Positions 34,777 to 44,304 of a stretch of DNA of 64,000 nt are shown here, in pieces. Location: contig JBGAGQ010000026.1 of assembly GCA_044226625.1 (NCBI GenBank), positions 13,775 to 77,774 of the forward strand, written 5' to 3'. This DNA comes from Thermoanaerobaculia bacterium. GTDB taxonomy: Bacteria; Acidobacteriota; Thermoanaerobaculia; Multivoradales; UBA5704. Under the pieces are notes generated by a model, which worked only from the letters and a program-made list of their open reading frames with translations, was not told the DNA's origin and did no database searches. The position numbers were made by a program, and so were the translations under genes. Each line of letters begins with the position of its first letter. The stretch's first letter is position 1.

Positions 34777-35682
34777 TCAGCCGGGAGGGATCGCGGCGAG
34801 ACGTTTGCCGATCTCGGCGAGCGCCGCCGATCGGTCTGCCAGCTCGACGCCGATGCCGGCGAGGAGGTTCGGCCCCCCCAGCCCTTCCCCACCCTGGGCG
34901 TCGATCCGGTGGACCACCCGCGCCCGCAGCGGCACCATCCCCTCGAGCGGCGCGGGAAGATGCAGCTCGATCTCGACCAGATCGCCGATCTTCGCCGGCA
35001 GGAACGTCGCGACGAACAATCCCCCGTGGGCTAGGTCGCGTTCGTAGACGGACCGGAACTGCTCGAGCGACGAGAAGCGCACCGCGATCGGCACCGTCAC
35101 GCCGGCCGAGGCCTTCCCCGGCGGGGCCGGCGCCGACGGCGCGCCCAGGCGGACGATCGGAACGCGCTTGGACGACATCGAAGGGGAACGAGCGGGAGCG
35201 GGCGGCGCCGGCGGCGTACCGGGGCGCGCGGGTTGCGGAGCCGGCGCGGGCACGGGCTTCACCGCCGGGCGGGATCCGGTGTGCGCGGACCACGGGTCGA
35301 CGGGGGGCTCCGCGGGATTCTCGGTCGGCCGGCCGCTCCGATCGGTCGGAAAGGCCTGAGGGAACAGCTCGCGAACGAGCGTCTCGATCGGCAGGAATCG
35401 GAGCCCCATGCCCGACGTACCGAGCGCCGAAAGCTCCAGGCTCACCTTGTGCGCGTGGGCGACCTCCGCCTCGACCATGAATCCGCTGCGGGGATCGAGC
35501 ACCTCCACCCGCAGCCGCGCCCCTTTCGGAAACGGCTGGTGCGTCACGACGAACATGCCCGTGGTTGAGATGTTCGTCGTATAGCCGTTGACCGTGCGCT
35601 CCTCGCCCACGCGCCAGAAGCGCACCGGCAGGCGTCGGACGACGCGGTCGTTTTCGCGGCGGTTGGAGATCATTGACTGCAA
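34777..35682 (-). CDS. Tandem PilZ-domain protein
   Basis: RRENDR...NISTTGMF..T; Pro-rich linker; second PilZ (DLAHGGLF...GIGVE). Confidence 0.85.
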   Translation of the reverse strand: MQSMISNRRENDRVVRRLPVRFWRVGEERTVNGYTTNISTTGMFVVTHQPFPKGARLRVEVLDPRSGFMVEAEVAHAHKVSLELSALGTSGMGLRFLPIETLVRELFPQAFPTDRSGRPTENPAEPPVDPWSAHTGSRPAVKPVPAPAPQPARPGTPPAPPAPARSPSMSSKRVPIVRLGAPSAPAPPGKASAGVTVPIAVRFSSLEQFRSVYERDLAHGGLFVATFLPAKIGDLVEIELHLPAPLEGMVPLRARVVHRIDAQGGEGLGGPNLLAGIGVELADRSAALAEIGKRLAAIPPG

Positions 35683-35733
35683 TTCTAACGGTTTTACCGA
35701 AACGGACCTATTCGCTCGATCGAGCGGTCCGAC

Positions 35734-36789
35734 TCATCGCACCCCCGGCATCGGCTCCCAGGTTCCCGCGGGCGCCCACGGTTTCGCGGCGGCGCGGACG
35801 ATCAGGCGCTCGTCGTCTTTCCAGTGGCGGTCGAGCATGTAGACCCGAGGATCGACCGGGGCGAGGACGCCGCGTGGATCGCGGCGATGGACTTCGTAAT
35901 GAAGCTCGGGAGCGAGCGCCCAGCCGCTCTTGCCGACGGTGCCGAGACGGGTGCCGCGCGCGATCCGGGCACCCGGGCGGACCGCGACTTCGTCGAGGTG
36001 GCCGTAGGCGGTCGCGAAACGGTCGCCGTGGCGCACCACCACCACCTTGCCGAGCCGGAACCAGGAGGGGCTCGATCCGAGCGAAGCTTGGCCCGCGAAC
36101 GCGACCACGCCGGCCGCGGCGGCGACCACCGGCGTGCCGGCGGTGGCGGCGAGGTCCACCCCCGGGTTCGACTCGAGCTCTTTGGTGAACGGATTGCGGT
36201 GGTTGCCGAACGGCGTGATCAGGACCATGTCCTCGCCCGCGAGCGGACAGCGGGAGGGGATCTCCGCCACCTCGGCCGGCCGGCTCGCCTCGTAGCGGCG
36301 CACCTCGGCGAGCCCCTTGTCGAGCGCGGTGAGGTTGCGCGCGATCACCGAGCGGATGTGCTCCCCCTCGCTGATCGCCCCGGCGTAGATCGATTCGTCC
36401 TCGTCGCGTGGCGACGGCCCGGCCAACTCAAGGTGGCGCGCGGGCAGGCCGTAGGCGAGACGCAGCTTCGCGTGCTGCAAGCGTAGGTTTTTGGTCTGCC
36501 CGTCGAGCTCCGAAAGCTCGGAGACCAGCCCTTCGAGGCGCGCCCCCTGGTGCGACCGCTCGATCTCGAGCGTCTTGATCTCGGCGCCGCCGAGCGCGGC
36601 GGAGAGGACGTCCTTGGCGAGCGCCAGGCCGAGCGAGACGAGGAAGAGATAGCCAAGGATGAGCGTGCAGACGACGGTCAACGCGAGCCGGCCGAGCACG
36701 AGATAGCGGACCTTCCGCCGCACGTCGGCGGGGTGGATCTGTACCTCGACGTACCAGGGGCCGGCGGGGGGCCCCGCCGAGGTCCCCAA
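35734..36789 (-). CDS. M23 family peptidase-like protein
   Basis: TM plus coiled coil, FG..RNPFT, GVDLAA..GTPV.A, YGHL, ELHYEV. The Zn-ligand motifs look degenerate (NPGVD, ELH). Start approximate. Confidence 0.82.
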   Translation of the reverse strand: MGTSAGPPAGPWYVEVQIHPADVRRKVRYLVLGRLALTVVCTLILGYLFLVSLGLALAKDVLSAALGGAEIKTLEIERSHQGARLEGLVSELSELDGQTKNLRLQHAKLRLAYGLPARHLELAGPSPRDEDESIYAGAISEGEHIRSVIARNLTALDKGLAEVRRYEASRPAEVAEIPSRCPLAGEDMVLITPFGNHRNPFTKELESNPGVDLAATAGTPVVAAAAGVVAFAGQASLGSSPSWFRLGKVVVVRHGDRFATAYGHLDEVAVRPGARIARGTRLGTVGKSGWALAPELHYEVHRRDPRGVLAPVDPRVYMLDRHWKDDERLIVRAAAKPWAPAGTWEPMPGVR

Positions 36790-36839
36790 CGTCTGCGGCC
36801 GGCCCGGGCGCTCCGCATCGCGCCGGAGCGGGTTAGGGC

Positions 36840-37679
36840 TCAAGGGCGAGCCTCCCGGTCGGCCGCCAACAGCTCGGAGATCCGCGCTTCGGAGGCGTAG
36901 CGGGCGATCTTCGCTCGCAGCTCCGGTTGGACGAGGGCGCCGCCCGCGATCACGTTGCCGGAGAGGAAGGAGCCTGGGCCGCCGTCGACGTCGGTCGCCC
37001 GCCCGCCCGCCTCCTCGATCAAGAGAATACCGGCCGCGATGTCCCACGGCGAAAGGCGGAACTCGAAGAAGCCGTCGTACACCCCCGCCGCCGTGTACGC
37101 GAGGTCGAGCGCCGCCGCGCCGCAGCGGCGGATCGCGCGGACCTCGAGGAACACGTCGCGGAACGCCTCGAGATAGAGATCGAGGGTCGGATGCGCGCGC
37201 CACGGATATCCGGTCGCGAGGAACGAGCCGCGCAATCCCGGGCGGTCGGAGGCGCGCATCGGCCGCTCGTTCCAGGTCGCGCCCTCTCCTCGGGCGGCGG
37301 CGAATCGATTGCCGCATTCCGGGTCGACCACGACGCCCGCGAGCAGCTCGCCCGAGCGCCGCCGGCAGGCGATCGAGAGGCAATAGACAGGCAGCCCCTG
37401 AAGAAAGTTCGTCGTGCCGTCGAGCGGGTCGATCACCCACTCGAGATCGCTCGTCCCGCCCGCGTCGACGCCCCGCTCTTCGGCGAGCACGTGATGATCC
37501 GGAAAGCGCTCGCGCAGGACGCCGACGATCGCCGCTTCGCTCTCGCGGTCGGCGCGCGTGACGAAGTCGTTTTCGGCTTTCTTCCGGACCTCGAGATCGC
37601 CGCTCCGAAAGTAACGGCGGAGGACGGCCGATCCCGCGTCGGCCGCGGCCAGCGCGGCGGCGAGGAGCTCGTGGGTCAT
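36840..37679 (-). CDS. suhB: Inositol monophosphatase family protein
   Basis: DFVT.AD, EE, WVIDPLDGTTNF, GAAALDL and PWDIAAG. Confidence 0.92.
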   Translation of the reverse strand: MTHELLAAALAAADAGSAVLRRYFRSGDLEVRKKAENDFVTRADRESEAAIVGVLRERFPDHHVLAEERGVDAGGTSDLEWVIDPLDGTTNFLQGLPVYCLSIACRRRSGELLAGVVVDPECGNRFAAARGEGATWNERPMRASDRPGLRGSFLATGYPWRAHPTLDLYLEAFRDVFLEVRAIRRCGAAALDLAYTAAGVYDGFFEFRLSPWDIAAGILLIEEAGGRATDVDGGPGSFLSGNVIAGGALVQPELRAKIARYASEARISELLAADREARP

Positions 37680-39553
37680 GAGGTCCCTTTCTTCCCGGCT
37701 TTTTTCTTTCCGGCTTCGGCGGGCGGATCGACGACCGGAGCCGCGCGCGGGGCCGCCGCCGCGCGGAAGTAGTCGCGCACCGCTTTTTCCGCGGGCCGGC
37801 CGAGGAATCGGAAGTCGGGGCGCCGGGAGCGTTCCGCCGCGCGCGCCTCGTCGCTGAACGATTTCCAGACGAACATCCCGGCGAGCCAGGGGCGATGCTC
37901 GAGCGCGGCGAACAGCGCCCGATAGGCGCGGAGCTGCGCCTCCTCGTCGAGGGCGCCCCCTTCCTGGTTCGGCTCGCGCCAGGCGGCGCGGCGCGCGGGG
38001 AATCCGACCTCGGTGAGCAGCAGCGGGCGGCGCGCCCGGCGCGCGAGGAGCGCGAGCCGGCCGGCGACCTCGTCCGCGCCGCGGGCGAGCTCCGCGTCGC
38101 TCGCCTCCTCCGCCGTCGACAGCGGGTGGTAGGAGTCCACGCCGACGAAGTCGACCGCGTCCCAGAACGGCACGTTCGCCGCCCGGTCCCAATTCGCGGC
38201 GTAAGTGATCCGGCCGGGATAGATCGCCCGCACCGAGGCGATCAGCTCGCGCCAGGCGCGCTCGCGCAGGGGCCCGACGGTCGTGCGGTCGAGCTCGACG
38301 CCCACCGAGAAGAGCTCGGCCTTCGCCCAGGCCGCGAGCATCGCGTGATGGAGGACGAACCGCCGGTACGACGACCACCAGGCCGACCAGCCGGCCTCGT
38401 CGGACATCTCCACCTCGCCGGGCCAGCTATCCCTCCCCACCCAGATGTGCGGCTTCCAGAGCACGGCGAATCCGCGCTCGTGCGCCCGGCGCGCCGCGTG
38501 GAGCAATCCGACGTCGGTCTCCGAAGCCGGATGGTCGTCGAGGAAGATCAGGCCCGGAGCGCGGGGGTCGCGCTGGTAGGCGAACGGCATCAGCGACACC
38601 GCGTCGACCGAAAGGTCCGCGAGCCGCGCGTACTCCCGGTCGACGCTCGGCGCGTGGTAGCCGCCGTCGATCGAGTTGAGCATGGCGAAGGACACGCCGC
38701 GGAGAAACCCGCTCTCGTCCCGCGCGCCGAGCGGGACGGGCACCGGAGGAGTCGGAGACGATCGAGAAGCGGAGGCCGCGAGCGCCGCGAGCTGGGCGTC
38801 GAGCTCCGCCGCCGAGGGGAGATCGCCGGCGAGCTTCTCGCGCAGCGTCCGCCCCGGGCGGCGGCCGATCCAGCAGGCCGCGACCGGGGCCGCGAGCAAT
38901 CGGGAGCCGTCACGGCTCCGCTCGGGCTCGAGCAGCTCCGCCGCGGTGGGAAACGCTCCGGCGCGGGCGAGCGGCGCCAGCCAGTCTTCGGCGCTCCGGC
39001 CGTACCAGCCTTGGGACAACCAGAGCGCCGCGCCGTCGGCGAGAGCCGGCGGGAGGCTCGCGGCGAGCCCCGCGCGTACGAGGAGCCGGCGCGCCAGGGC
39101 GAAGCGGTAGGCGTGGCCGTCGTCCGGGTCGTAGACGAGCGCGAGCTCCGCGCCCTTGCCGTCGACCGCCTCGCCGATCGCTCCGTGGGCGATCGCCTCC
39201 GCCACGTAGTCGCGCTCGACCGCGATCGACATCGCGAGATCGCCGGTGTAGGGCACCCGCGCCGCCATGTCATGAAGCGCGCCGTCCAGGCTCGCCGCGA
39301 AGGCGGGCAGCTCGGCGCGGTATGAAATCCCGGCCGCCACAGTGAGGCCGATCGAGCCGCTGCGGATCGCCTCGGCCGCGGGAGGTGTCGGCGGGCCGGC
39401 ATCGTCCGACGCCGTGGTTCCGATCGCCGGACCGGAAGGCTCGGCAAGACGTGCCGCCGCGGCGCTCTCGGCCGGCTGGCACCCGGCGAGCGGCGCGAGC
39501 AGCAGCAGAAAGCCAGGACGGAACCTCCTCCGGGAGGCCGGTGACCGCTTCAT
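37676..39553 (-). CDS. Lipoprotein with GH113-like TIM-barrel glycoside hydrolase domain
   Basis: Lipobox LAGC; VLWKPHIW, GVEL, TYAANW, GVDSY.PL, LTEVGF and G.FVWK. Start ATG 39553. Confidence 0.82.
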   Translation of the reverse strand: MKRSPASRRRFRPGFLLLLAPLAGCQPAESAAAARLAEPSGPAIGTTASDDAGPPTPPAAEAIRSGSIGLTVAAGISYRAELPAFAASLDGALHDMAARVPYTGDLAMSIAVERDYVAEAIAHGAIGEAVDGKGAELALVYDPDDGHAYRFALARRLLVRAGLAASLPPALADGAALWLSQGWYGRSAEDWLAPLARAGAFPTAAELLEPERSRDGSRLLAAPVAACWIGRRPGRTLREKLAGDLPSAAELDAQLAALAASASRSSPTPPVPVPLGARDESGFLRGVSFAMLNSIDGGYHAPSVDREYARLADLSVDAVSLMPFAYQRDPRAPGLIFLDDHPASETDVGLLHAARRAHERGFAVLWKPHIWVGRDSWPGEVEMSDEAGWSAWWSSYRRFVLHHAMLAAWAKAELFSVGVELDRTTVGPLRERAWRELIASVRAIYPGRITYAANWDRAANVPFWDAVDFVGVDSYHPLSTAEEASDAELARGADEVAGRLALLARRARRPLLLTEVGFPARRAAWREPNQEGGALDEEAQLRAYRALFAALEHRPWLAGMFVWKSFSDEARAAERSRRPDFRFLGRPAEKAVRDYFRAAAAPRAAPVVDPPAEAGKKKAGKKGTS

Positions 39554-39599
39554 CCCGCGAACGATACCGCGAGTCCTCGCCCTCGCCGTCGAGGCGCCT

Positions 39600-39615
39600 C
39601 GGCACGATTCGTGCT
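39600..39615 (+). promoter_or_regulatory. Possible sigma54 promoter or palindromic operator
   Basis: cGGCACGATTCGTGCt gives GG-N10-GC and is also the palindrome GCACGA-T-TCGTGC. Confidence 0.45.
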
Positions 39616-39829
39616 CTCTGTCGGAAACCGCGGGACGCAGAAAAATCGAGGATTCGGCAATTTCGTTGTCCCTCGAAGCGGGTCGAGCGGAAACAGATAG
39701 GACGAGGCCGGAAACATTCTCGACCGCGAGCTTCCAGGAAAGCAGAGCGTGGGGGGAGACCGGGGCCTCGAGCAAGCAGAGCGTCGAAGGACCGAAGCGG
39801 CACGGACCGAGGGGAAGGGAGATTCCAAG

Positions 39830-40189
39830 GTGAAACAGGGAACGTCCGAGAAAGAGAACGATTCGCGCTGGCAGCCCGAGGCGATCCAGGACTTTCTCCG
39901 CGCGCGGACCAGCCGGCAGGAGACGCGCGAGATCGTCCGCGACCTTCTGCGGGGCGTCGGTACGGGCCCGGTCGCCAAAGCGGCGGCGAGCGGCGGAGTG
40001 GCCGCGGCGCTCTCCGGTTTCAACGACAGCCCGGAGCGTTTCGATCCCGACCCCGGTCGCTACGCCGACGCCTTCTCCCGTCTGCTCGGCGCCGCGGCCG
40101 AACGAGCCAGCCGCTCGATCCCGACGCTCGAATGGCAGGCGGCCGAAGCGGAATCGGTCGCGCGAGCCGGCGTCGGCAGAGAGGTCTAG
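39830..40189 (+). CDS. Hypothetical protein resembling a degenerate anti-sigma zinc-finger N-terminus
   Basis: PE.I..FL....SR.E.R.IVR.LL.G and Y.DAF.R pattern with the His/Cys ligands absent; purine-rich RBS before GTG 39830. Confidence 0.5.
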   Translation: MKQGTSEKENDSRWQPEAIQDFLRARTSRQETREIVRDLLRGVGTGPVAKAAASGGVAAALSGFNDSPERFDPDPGRYADAFSRLLGAAAERASRSIPTLEWQAAEAESVARAGVGREV

Positions 40190-40330
40190 ACGTCCTCGAG
40201 AACGCCGCCGGTTCCCCGCCGGCGGTTAGGAAACCTTCGCGGCGCTTCCCCCCTCGCGCCGTAAGTCGTTGAGCTTCTTCGGCGGGAATGCCTTCCCGCG
40301 CTGGAAGAACTGCGTAAATTCACCCCCCGT

Positions 40331-40359
40331 TTGACCTTGAAGTTCGATCCGCCTAGAGT
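40331..40359 (+). promoter_or_regulatory. sigma70 promoter
   Basis: TTGACC-N17-TAGAGT about 160 nt upstream of 40523. Confidence 0.6.
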
Positions 40360-40522
40360 CGAGCATTACTCGTTCGAGCTTCCGGCCAGCTTCTTCCCAG
40401 GAGCTCGTCGTCCAACGACCTTTCGAACGCTCCGGTGGCTTCTCTCCGCGGTCGTTCTCGCGGGAGGTCTCTCCTCCGGCCCTGGAGATCGTGATCTGGA
40501 GGGGAATTAAGGAGAAACGAGG

Positions 40523-42226
40523 GTGAAAAATCTGCACGCCAAGAGTCTCGTAGCGGCCCTCCTGCTGGTCCTCGGATCGGCGCTCGTCCCGGCGTACGCG
40601 GAAGACTTCGCTTCCAGCAGCCTCGCGGCGAATCGGGTGACCTGGGATCTCCAGGGCACCTACGATCGAGCCGTCCTCACCGTCTCCCGTCCCGATGGCA
40701 CCGTGTTCCGTAAGGAGTTCAAGGCGGGCGTGTCCCCCGCTTTCGATCTCGTCGACGCCGCGGGCAACCTCGCCGCCGACGGCGCCTACACCTGGCAGAT
40801 CGTCCTGTCGCCCCGGCTCGACCCGTCGCAGAAAGCCGCCCTCGCCGCCGCCCGCCGCACCAACGACCCGGCGGCCGAAGCGCGCATCCTCGCCTCCGCG
40901 GGGCTCTCGAAGCCCCGCATCCAGTCCGGCAGCTTCGCGGTCGCCGGCGGCTCGACCGTGCCGTCCGACCTCACCGAGCCCGCCGCCACCCGGCCGGCCG
41001 CCGCGCCCCGCGCCACGGAAGGCGGAGGCCGCGTGCCGAACGACGTCGTGACCGCGGACGACATCATCGTCCAGGGCAGCGCCTGCATCGGTCTCGACTG
41101 CGTGAACAACGAGAGCTTCGGCTTCGACACGATTCGTCTCAAAGAGAACAACACCCGGATCAAGTTCGACGACACCTCGGCCTCGGCCGGCTTCCCGGCG
41201 AACGACTGGCAGCTGACCGCGAACGACTCCGCCTCGGGCGGCTCGAACAAGTTCTCGATCGAGGACATCACCGGCTCGAAGGTTCCGTTCACCGTCACCG
41301 GCGGCGCTTCCACCAACTCGATCTTCGTCGACTCGACGGGCCGCGTCGGCTTCCGCACCGCGACCCCGGTCCTCGACCTCCACGTCAACACCAGCAACAC
41401 CCCGGCGCTCCGTCTCGAGCAGAACAATTCGGGCGGCTTCACGGCGCAGACCTGGGACATCGCGGGTAACGAGGCGAACTTCTTCGTCCGCGACGTGACC
41501 GGCGGCTCGCGCCTGCCGTTCCGCATCCGTCCCGGCGCGCCGACCAGCTCGATCGACATCTCGGCGAGCGGCTTCGTCGGCATCGGCACCGCGTCGCCTT
41601 CGGTCAATCTGAACGTCGCGAGCTCCGGCTCCGGCGTCGCCGACGGCAAGGTGCTGGTCCAGAACTCGAGCGGTACCACCTCTCCGCGCGAATTGATGGA
41701 GATCAACAACAACGGCGGCGCGATCCTGATCTTGAAGGACACGAGCCAAACGCCGCGCTGGAGCTTCGGCACCTCGGGCACCAGCTTCGTGGTCGACAAC
41801 CAGGCGAACGGCGGCGTCGAGATGTCGCTCACCAACACCGGCAACTTGGTCGTCCTCGGCACGGTCACCCCGGGCTCGAGCCGCGAGATCAAGCAGGACT
41901 TCGAGGCGGTCGACACCAAGGCGGCGCTCGCCAAGGTGCTCGCCCTGCCGATCACCTCCTGGGCTTACAAGACCGACGCGGGCGTCCGCCACATCGGCCC
42001 GATGGCCGAGGACTTCTACGACGCGTTCTCGGTCGGCGGCACCAACAAGGGAATCTCGGTCACCGACAGCGCCGGGGTCACCCTGGCCGCGATCCAGGGG
42101 CTCAACCAGGTCGTCCAGGAGAAGGATCGGCAGCTCGCCGAGCTCCGGGCGGCGAACGACGAGCTCGCGGCGCGCCTCGCGAACCTGGAAAAGATGATGG
42201 AGAGCTTGGCCGCCAAGCAAAAGTAA
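40523..42226 (+). CDS. Secreted tail-fibre-like protein with C-terminal peptidase S74 chaperone (paralogue 1)
   Basis: Signal peptide; FlgD-Ig-like segment (DAAGNLAADGAYTW); G.VGIGT.SP repeats; SSREIK...L.I..W.YK...HIGPMAEDF..AF; terminal coiled coil. Confidence 0.88.
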   Translation: MKNLHAKSLVAALLLVLGSALVPAYAEDFASSSLAANRVTWDLQGTYDRAVLTVSRPDGTVFRKEFKAGVSPAFDLVDAAGNLAADGAYTWQIVLSPRLDPSQKAALAAARRTNDPAAEARILASAGLSKPRIQSGSFAVAGGSTVPSDLTEPAATRPAAAPRATEGGGRVPNDVVTADDIIVQGSACIGLDCVNNESFGFDTIRLKENNTRIKFDDTSASAGFPANDWQLTANDSASGGSNKFSIEDITGSKVPFTVTGGASTNSIFVDSTGRVGFRTATPVLDLHVNTSNTPALRLEQNNSGGFTAQTWDIAGNEANFFVRDVTGGSRLPFRIRPGAPTSSIDISASGFVGIGTASPSVNLNVASSGSGVADGKVLVQNSSGTTSPRELMEINNNGGAILILKDTSQTPRWSFGTSGTSFVVDNQANGGVEMSLTNTGNLVVLGTVTPGSSREIKQDFEAVDTKAALAKVLALPITSWAYKTDAGVRHIGPMAEDFYDAFSVGGTNKGISVTDSAGVTLAAIQGLNQVVQEKDRQLAELRAANDELAARLANLEKMMESLAAKQK

Positions 42227-42258
42227 GCTGGGCGGCATCACCCCGTTGTCTTGAAAAC

Positions 42259-42292
42259 CGACCGGCGGTTGGCGGGTGCCCACCGCCGGTCT
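42259..42292 (+). terminator. Hairpin terminator
   Basis: gaccggcggt..ggc / gcc.accgccggtc followed by tt. Confidence 0.6.
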
Positions 42293-42519
42293 TGCGTCTC
42301 GGCAGGTCCCTTCGGGGGGAGCGAGATGGAACGAGTCGGAATCGGACGTCGATGTCGCGAGTCCCGACGTAACGAGGCTCCGAGCTCGAGCGCCCATCCT
42401 TTGAAGTCGTCGACGAGGCGATCTCTCGGCGCCGGACTCCCCGGACGCCTCGGGGGAATCCGCCTCGTGTCTGACCCGTGGGAAGGTCCCATTGGAATTG
42501 GATTAAGGAGAAATCGAGG

Positions 42520-44220
42520 ATGAAGAAACTGCATGCTCAGAGGCTGGCCGTTGCCCTTCTGCTGATCCTCGGATCGGCGCTCGCTCCCGCTCACGCGGAG
42601 GATTTCGCGACCAGCAACCTCGGCGCGAATCGGGTCGCCTGGGATCTGGAGGGGGCGTACGAACGAGCCGTGCTCACGGTCTCGCGTCCCGACGGTACCG
42701 TCTTCCGCAAGGAATGGAAGGCGGGCGTCCCGCCGGTCTTCGATCTCGTCGACGCCGCCGGCAACGTCGCGGCCGACGGCGCCTACACCTGGCAGATCGT
42801 CCTGGCGCCCCGTCTCGACGCCGCGCAGAAGGACGCCCTCATCGCCGCGCGCCGAACGAACGACCCGGCGGCCGAAGCGCGAATCCTGGCCTCGGCCGGC
42901 ATCGCGAAACCCCGCATCCAGTCCGGCACGTTCTCGGTCGTCGGCGGCAGCACCGTGCCGTCCGATCTCACCGAGCGCGCCTCGCGCCAGGCGGCTCCCG
43001 CCCCTGCGGCCGGCGGCGGCCGGGTGCCTAACGACGTGGTGAATGCCGACGACTTCATCATTCAGGGGAGCGCGTGCGTCGGTCTCGACTGCGTAGTCAA
43101 CGAGAGCTTCGGCTTCGACACCATCCGGTTGAAAGAGAACAACACCCGGATCAAGTTCGACGATACGTCGACCGGCGCGGGATTCCCGGCCAACGACTGG
43201 CAGCTAACCGCGAACGACTCCGCCGGAGGCGGCGCGAACAAGTTCTCGATCGAGGACATCACCGGCTCGAAGGTTCCGTTCACCCTTACCGGCGGCGCCG
43301 CGACCAACTCGATCTTCGTCGACTCGACCGGGCGCGTCGGCTTCCGTACCGCGACGCCGGTGCTCGACCTCCACGTCAGCACCAGCAACACGCCGGCCCT
43401 GCGGATGGAGCAGAACAACTCGGGCGGCTTTACGGCGCAGACTTGGGACATCGCGGGCAACGAGGCGAACTTCTTCGTCCGCGACGTGACCGGCGGCTCG
43501 CGCCTGCCGTTCCGCATCCGGCCGGGCGCGCCGACCAGCTCGATCGACATCTCGGCCGACGGCGACATCGGCATCGGCACCGCCTCGCCGGCGAACAAGC
43601 TGCACGTCTTGAGCTCGGGCGCGGCGGTCGACGACGGCAAGGTCCTGGTCCAGAACTCGAGCGGCACGGCGCTCGCCCGCGAGATGCTCGAGATCCGCAA
43701 CAACGGCAGCACGCTCCTGATCCTCGACGACACGGGCAACGCCTCGCGTTGGAGCTTCGGCTCGGTCGGCGGCAACTTCGTGGTCGACGACCAGCAGGAC
43801 GCCGCGGTCGAGATGTCGCTCACCGGCGCCGGCAACATGACGATCGGCGGCACGCTCACCCAAGGGTCGAGCCGTGAGATCAAGGACGGCTTCGTCGCCG
43901 TCGATCCGAAAGCGGTGCTCGCGAAGGTGACCGCCCTGCCGATCACCCAGTGGAGCTACAAGGCCGACGGCTCGGCCATCCGCCACCTCGGTCCCATGGC
44001 GGAAGACTTCGCCGCCGCCTTCGGTCTGGGCACCGACGACAAGCACATCGCCCCGAGCGATCAGGCGAGCGTCGCGTTGGCCGCCGTTCAGGGTCTCAAC
44101 CAGGTGGTCGCCGAGAAGGACCGCCAGCTCGCTCAACTCCAGTCGAAGAACGAAGAGCTCGAAGCGCGCCTCGCCTCGCTCGAGAAGTTGGTGCAGGACC
44201 TGAGCGCGCGACAGAAGTAA
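42520..44220 (+). CDS. Secreted tail-fibre-like protein with C-terminal peptidase S74 chaperone (paralogue 2)
   Basis: Same architecture and the same upstream TAAGGAG leader; start ATG 42520. Confidence 0.88.
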   Translation: MKKLHAQRLAVALLLILGSALAPAHAEDFATSNLGANRVAWDLEGAYERAVLTVSRPDGTVFRKEWKAGVPPVFDLVDAAGNVAADGAYTWQIVLAPRLDAAQKDALIAARRTNDPAAEARILASAGIAKPRIQSGTFSVVGGSTVPSDLTERASRQAAPAPAAGGGRVPNDVVNADDFIIQGSACVGLDCVVNESFGFDTIRLKENNTRIKFDDTSTGAGFPANDWQLTANDSAGGGANKFSIEDITGSKVPFTLTGGAATNSIFVDSTGRVGFRTATPVLDLHVSTSNTPALRMEQNNSGGFTAQTWDIAGNEANFFVRDVTGGSRLPFRIRPGAPTSSIDISADGDIGIGTASPANKLHVLSSGAAVDDGKVLVQNSSGTALAREMLEIRNNGSTLLILDDTGNASRWSFGSVGGNFVVDDQQDAAVEMSLTGAGNMTIGGTLTQGSSREIKDGFVAVDPKAVLAKVTALPITQWSYKADGSAIRHLGPMAEDFAAAFGLGTDDKHIAPSDQASVALAAVQGLNQVVAEKDRQLAQLQSKNEELEARLASLEKLVQDLSARQK

Positions 44221-44245
44221 TCGGGAAAAGACGTCGGACGCTTTC

Positions 44246-44280
44246 AACCGGCGGCGGGGCAACCCGCCGCCGGTTTCGTT
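44246..44280 (+). terminator. Intrinsic terminator
   Basis: 13-bp stem, GCAA loop, T-rich tail. Confidence 0.85.
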
Positions 44281-44304
44281 GCGCGGTCGTTTCGGATCCG
44301 TCGT

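Noticed and set aside
40360-40520. Riboswitch in the long leader of the first fibre gene
   Set aside because: Hairpins are present, but I recognised no riboswitch consensus; an Rfam/Infernal search would be needed.
40523-44220. Prophage or DGR target/template pair
   Set aside because: No capsid, terminase, integrase or reverse transcriptase is present; both copies are full genes and their differences are not adenine-specific.
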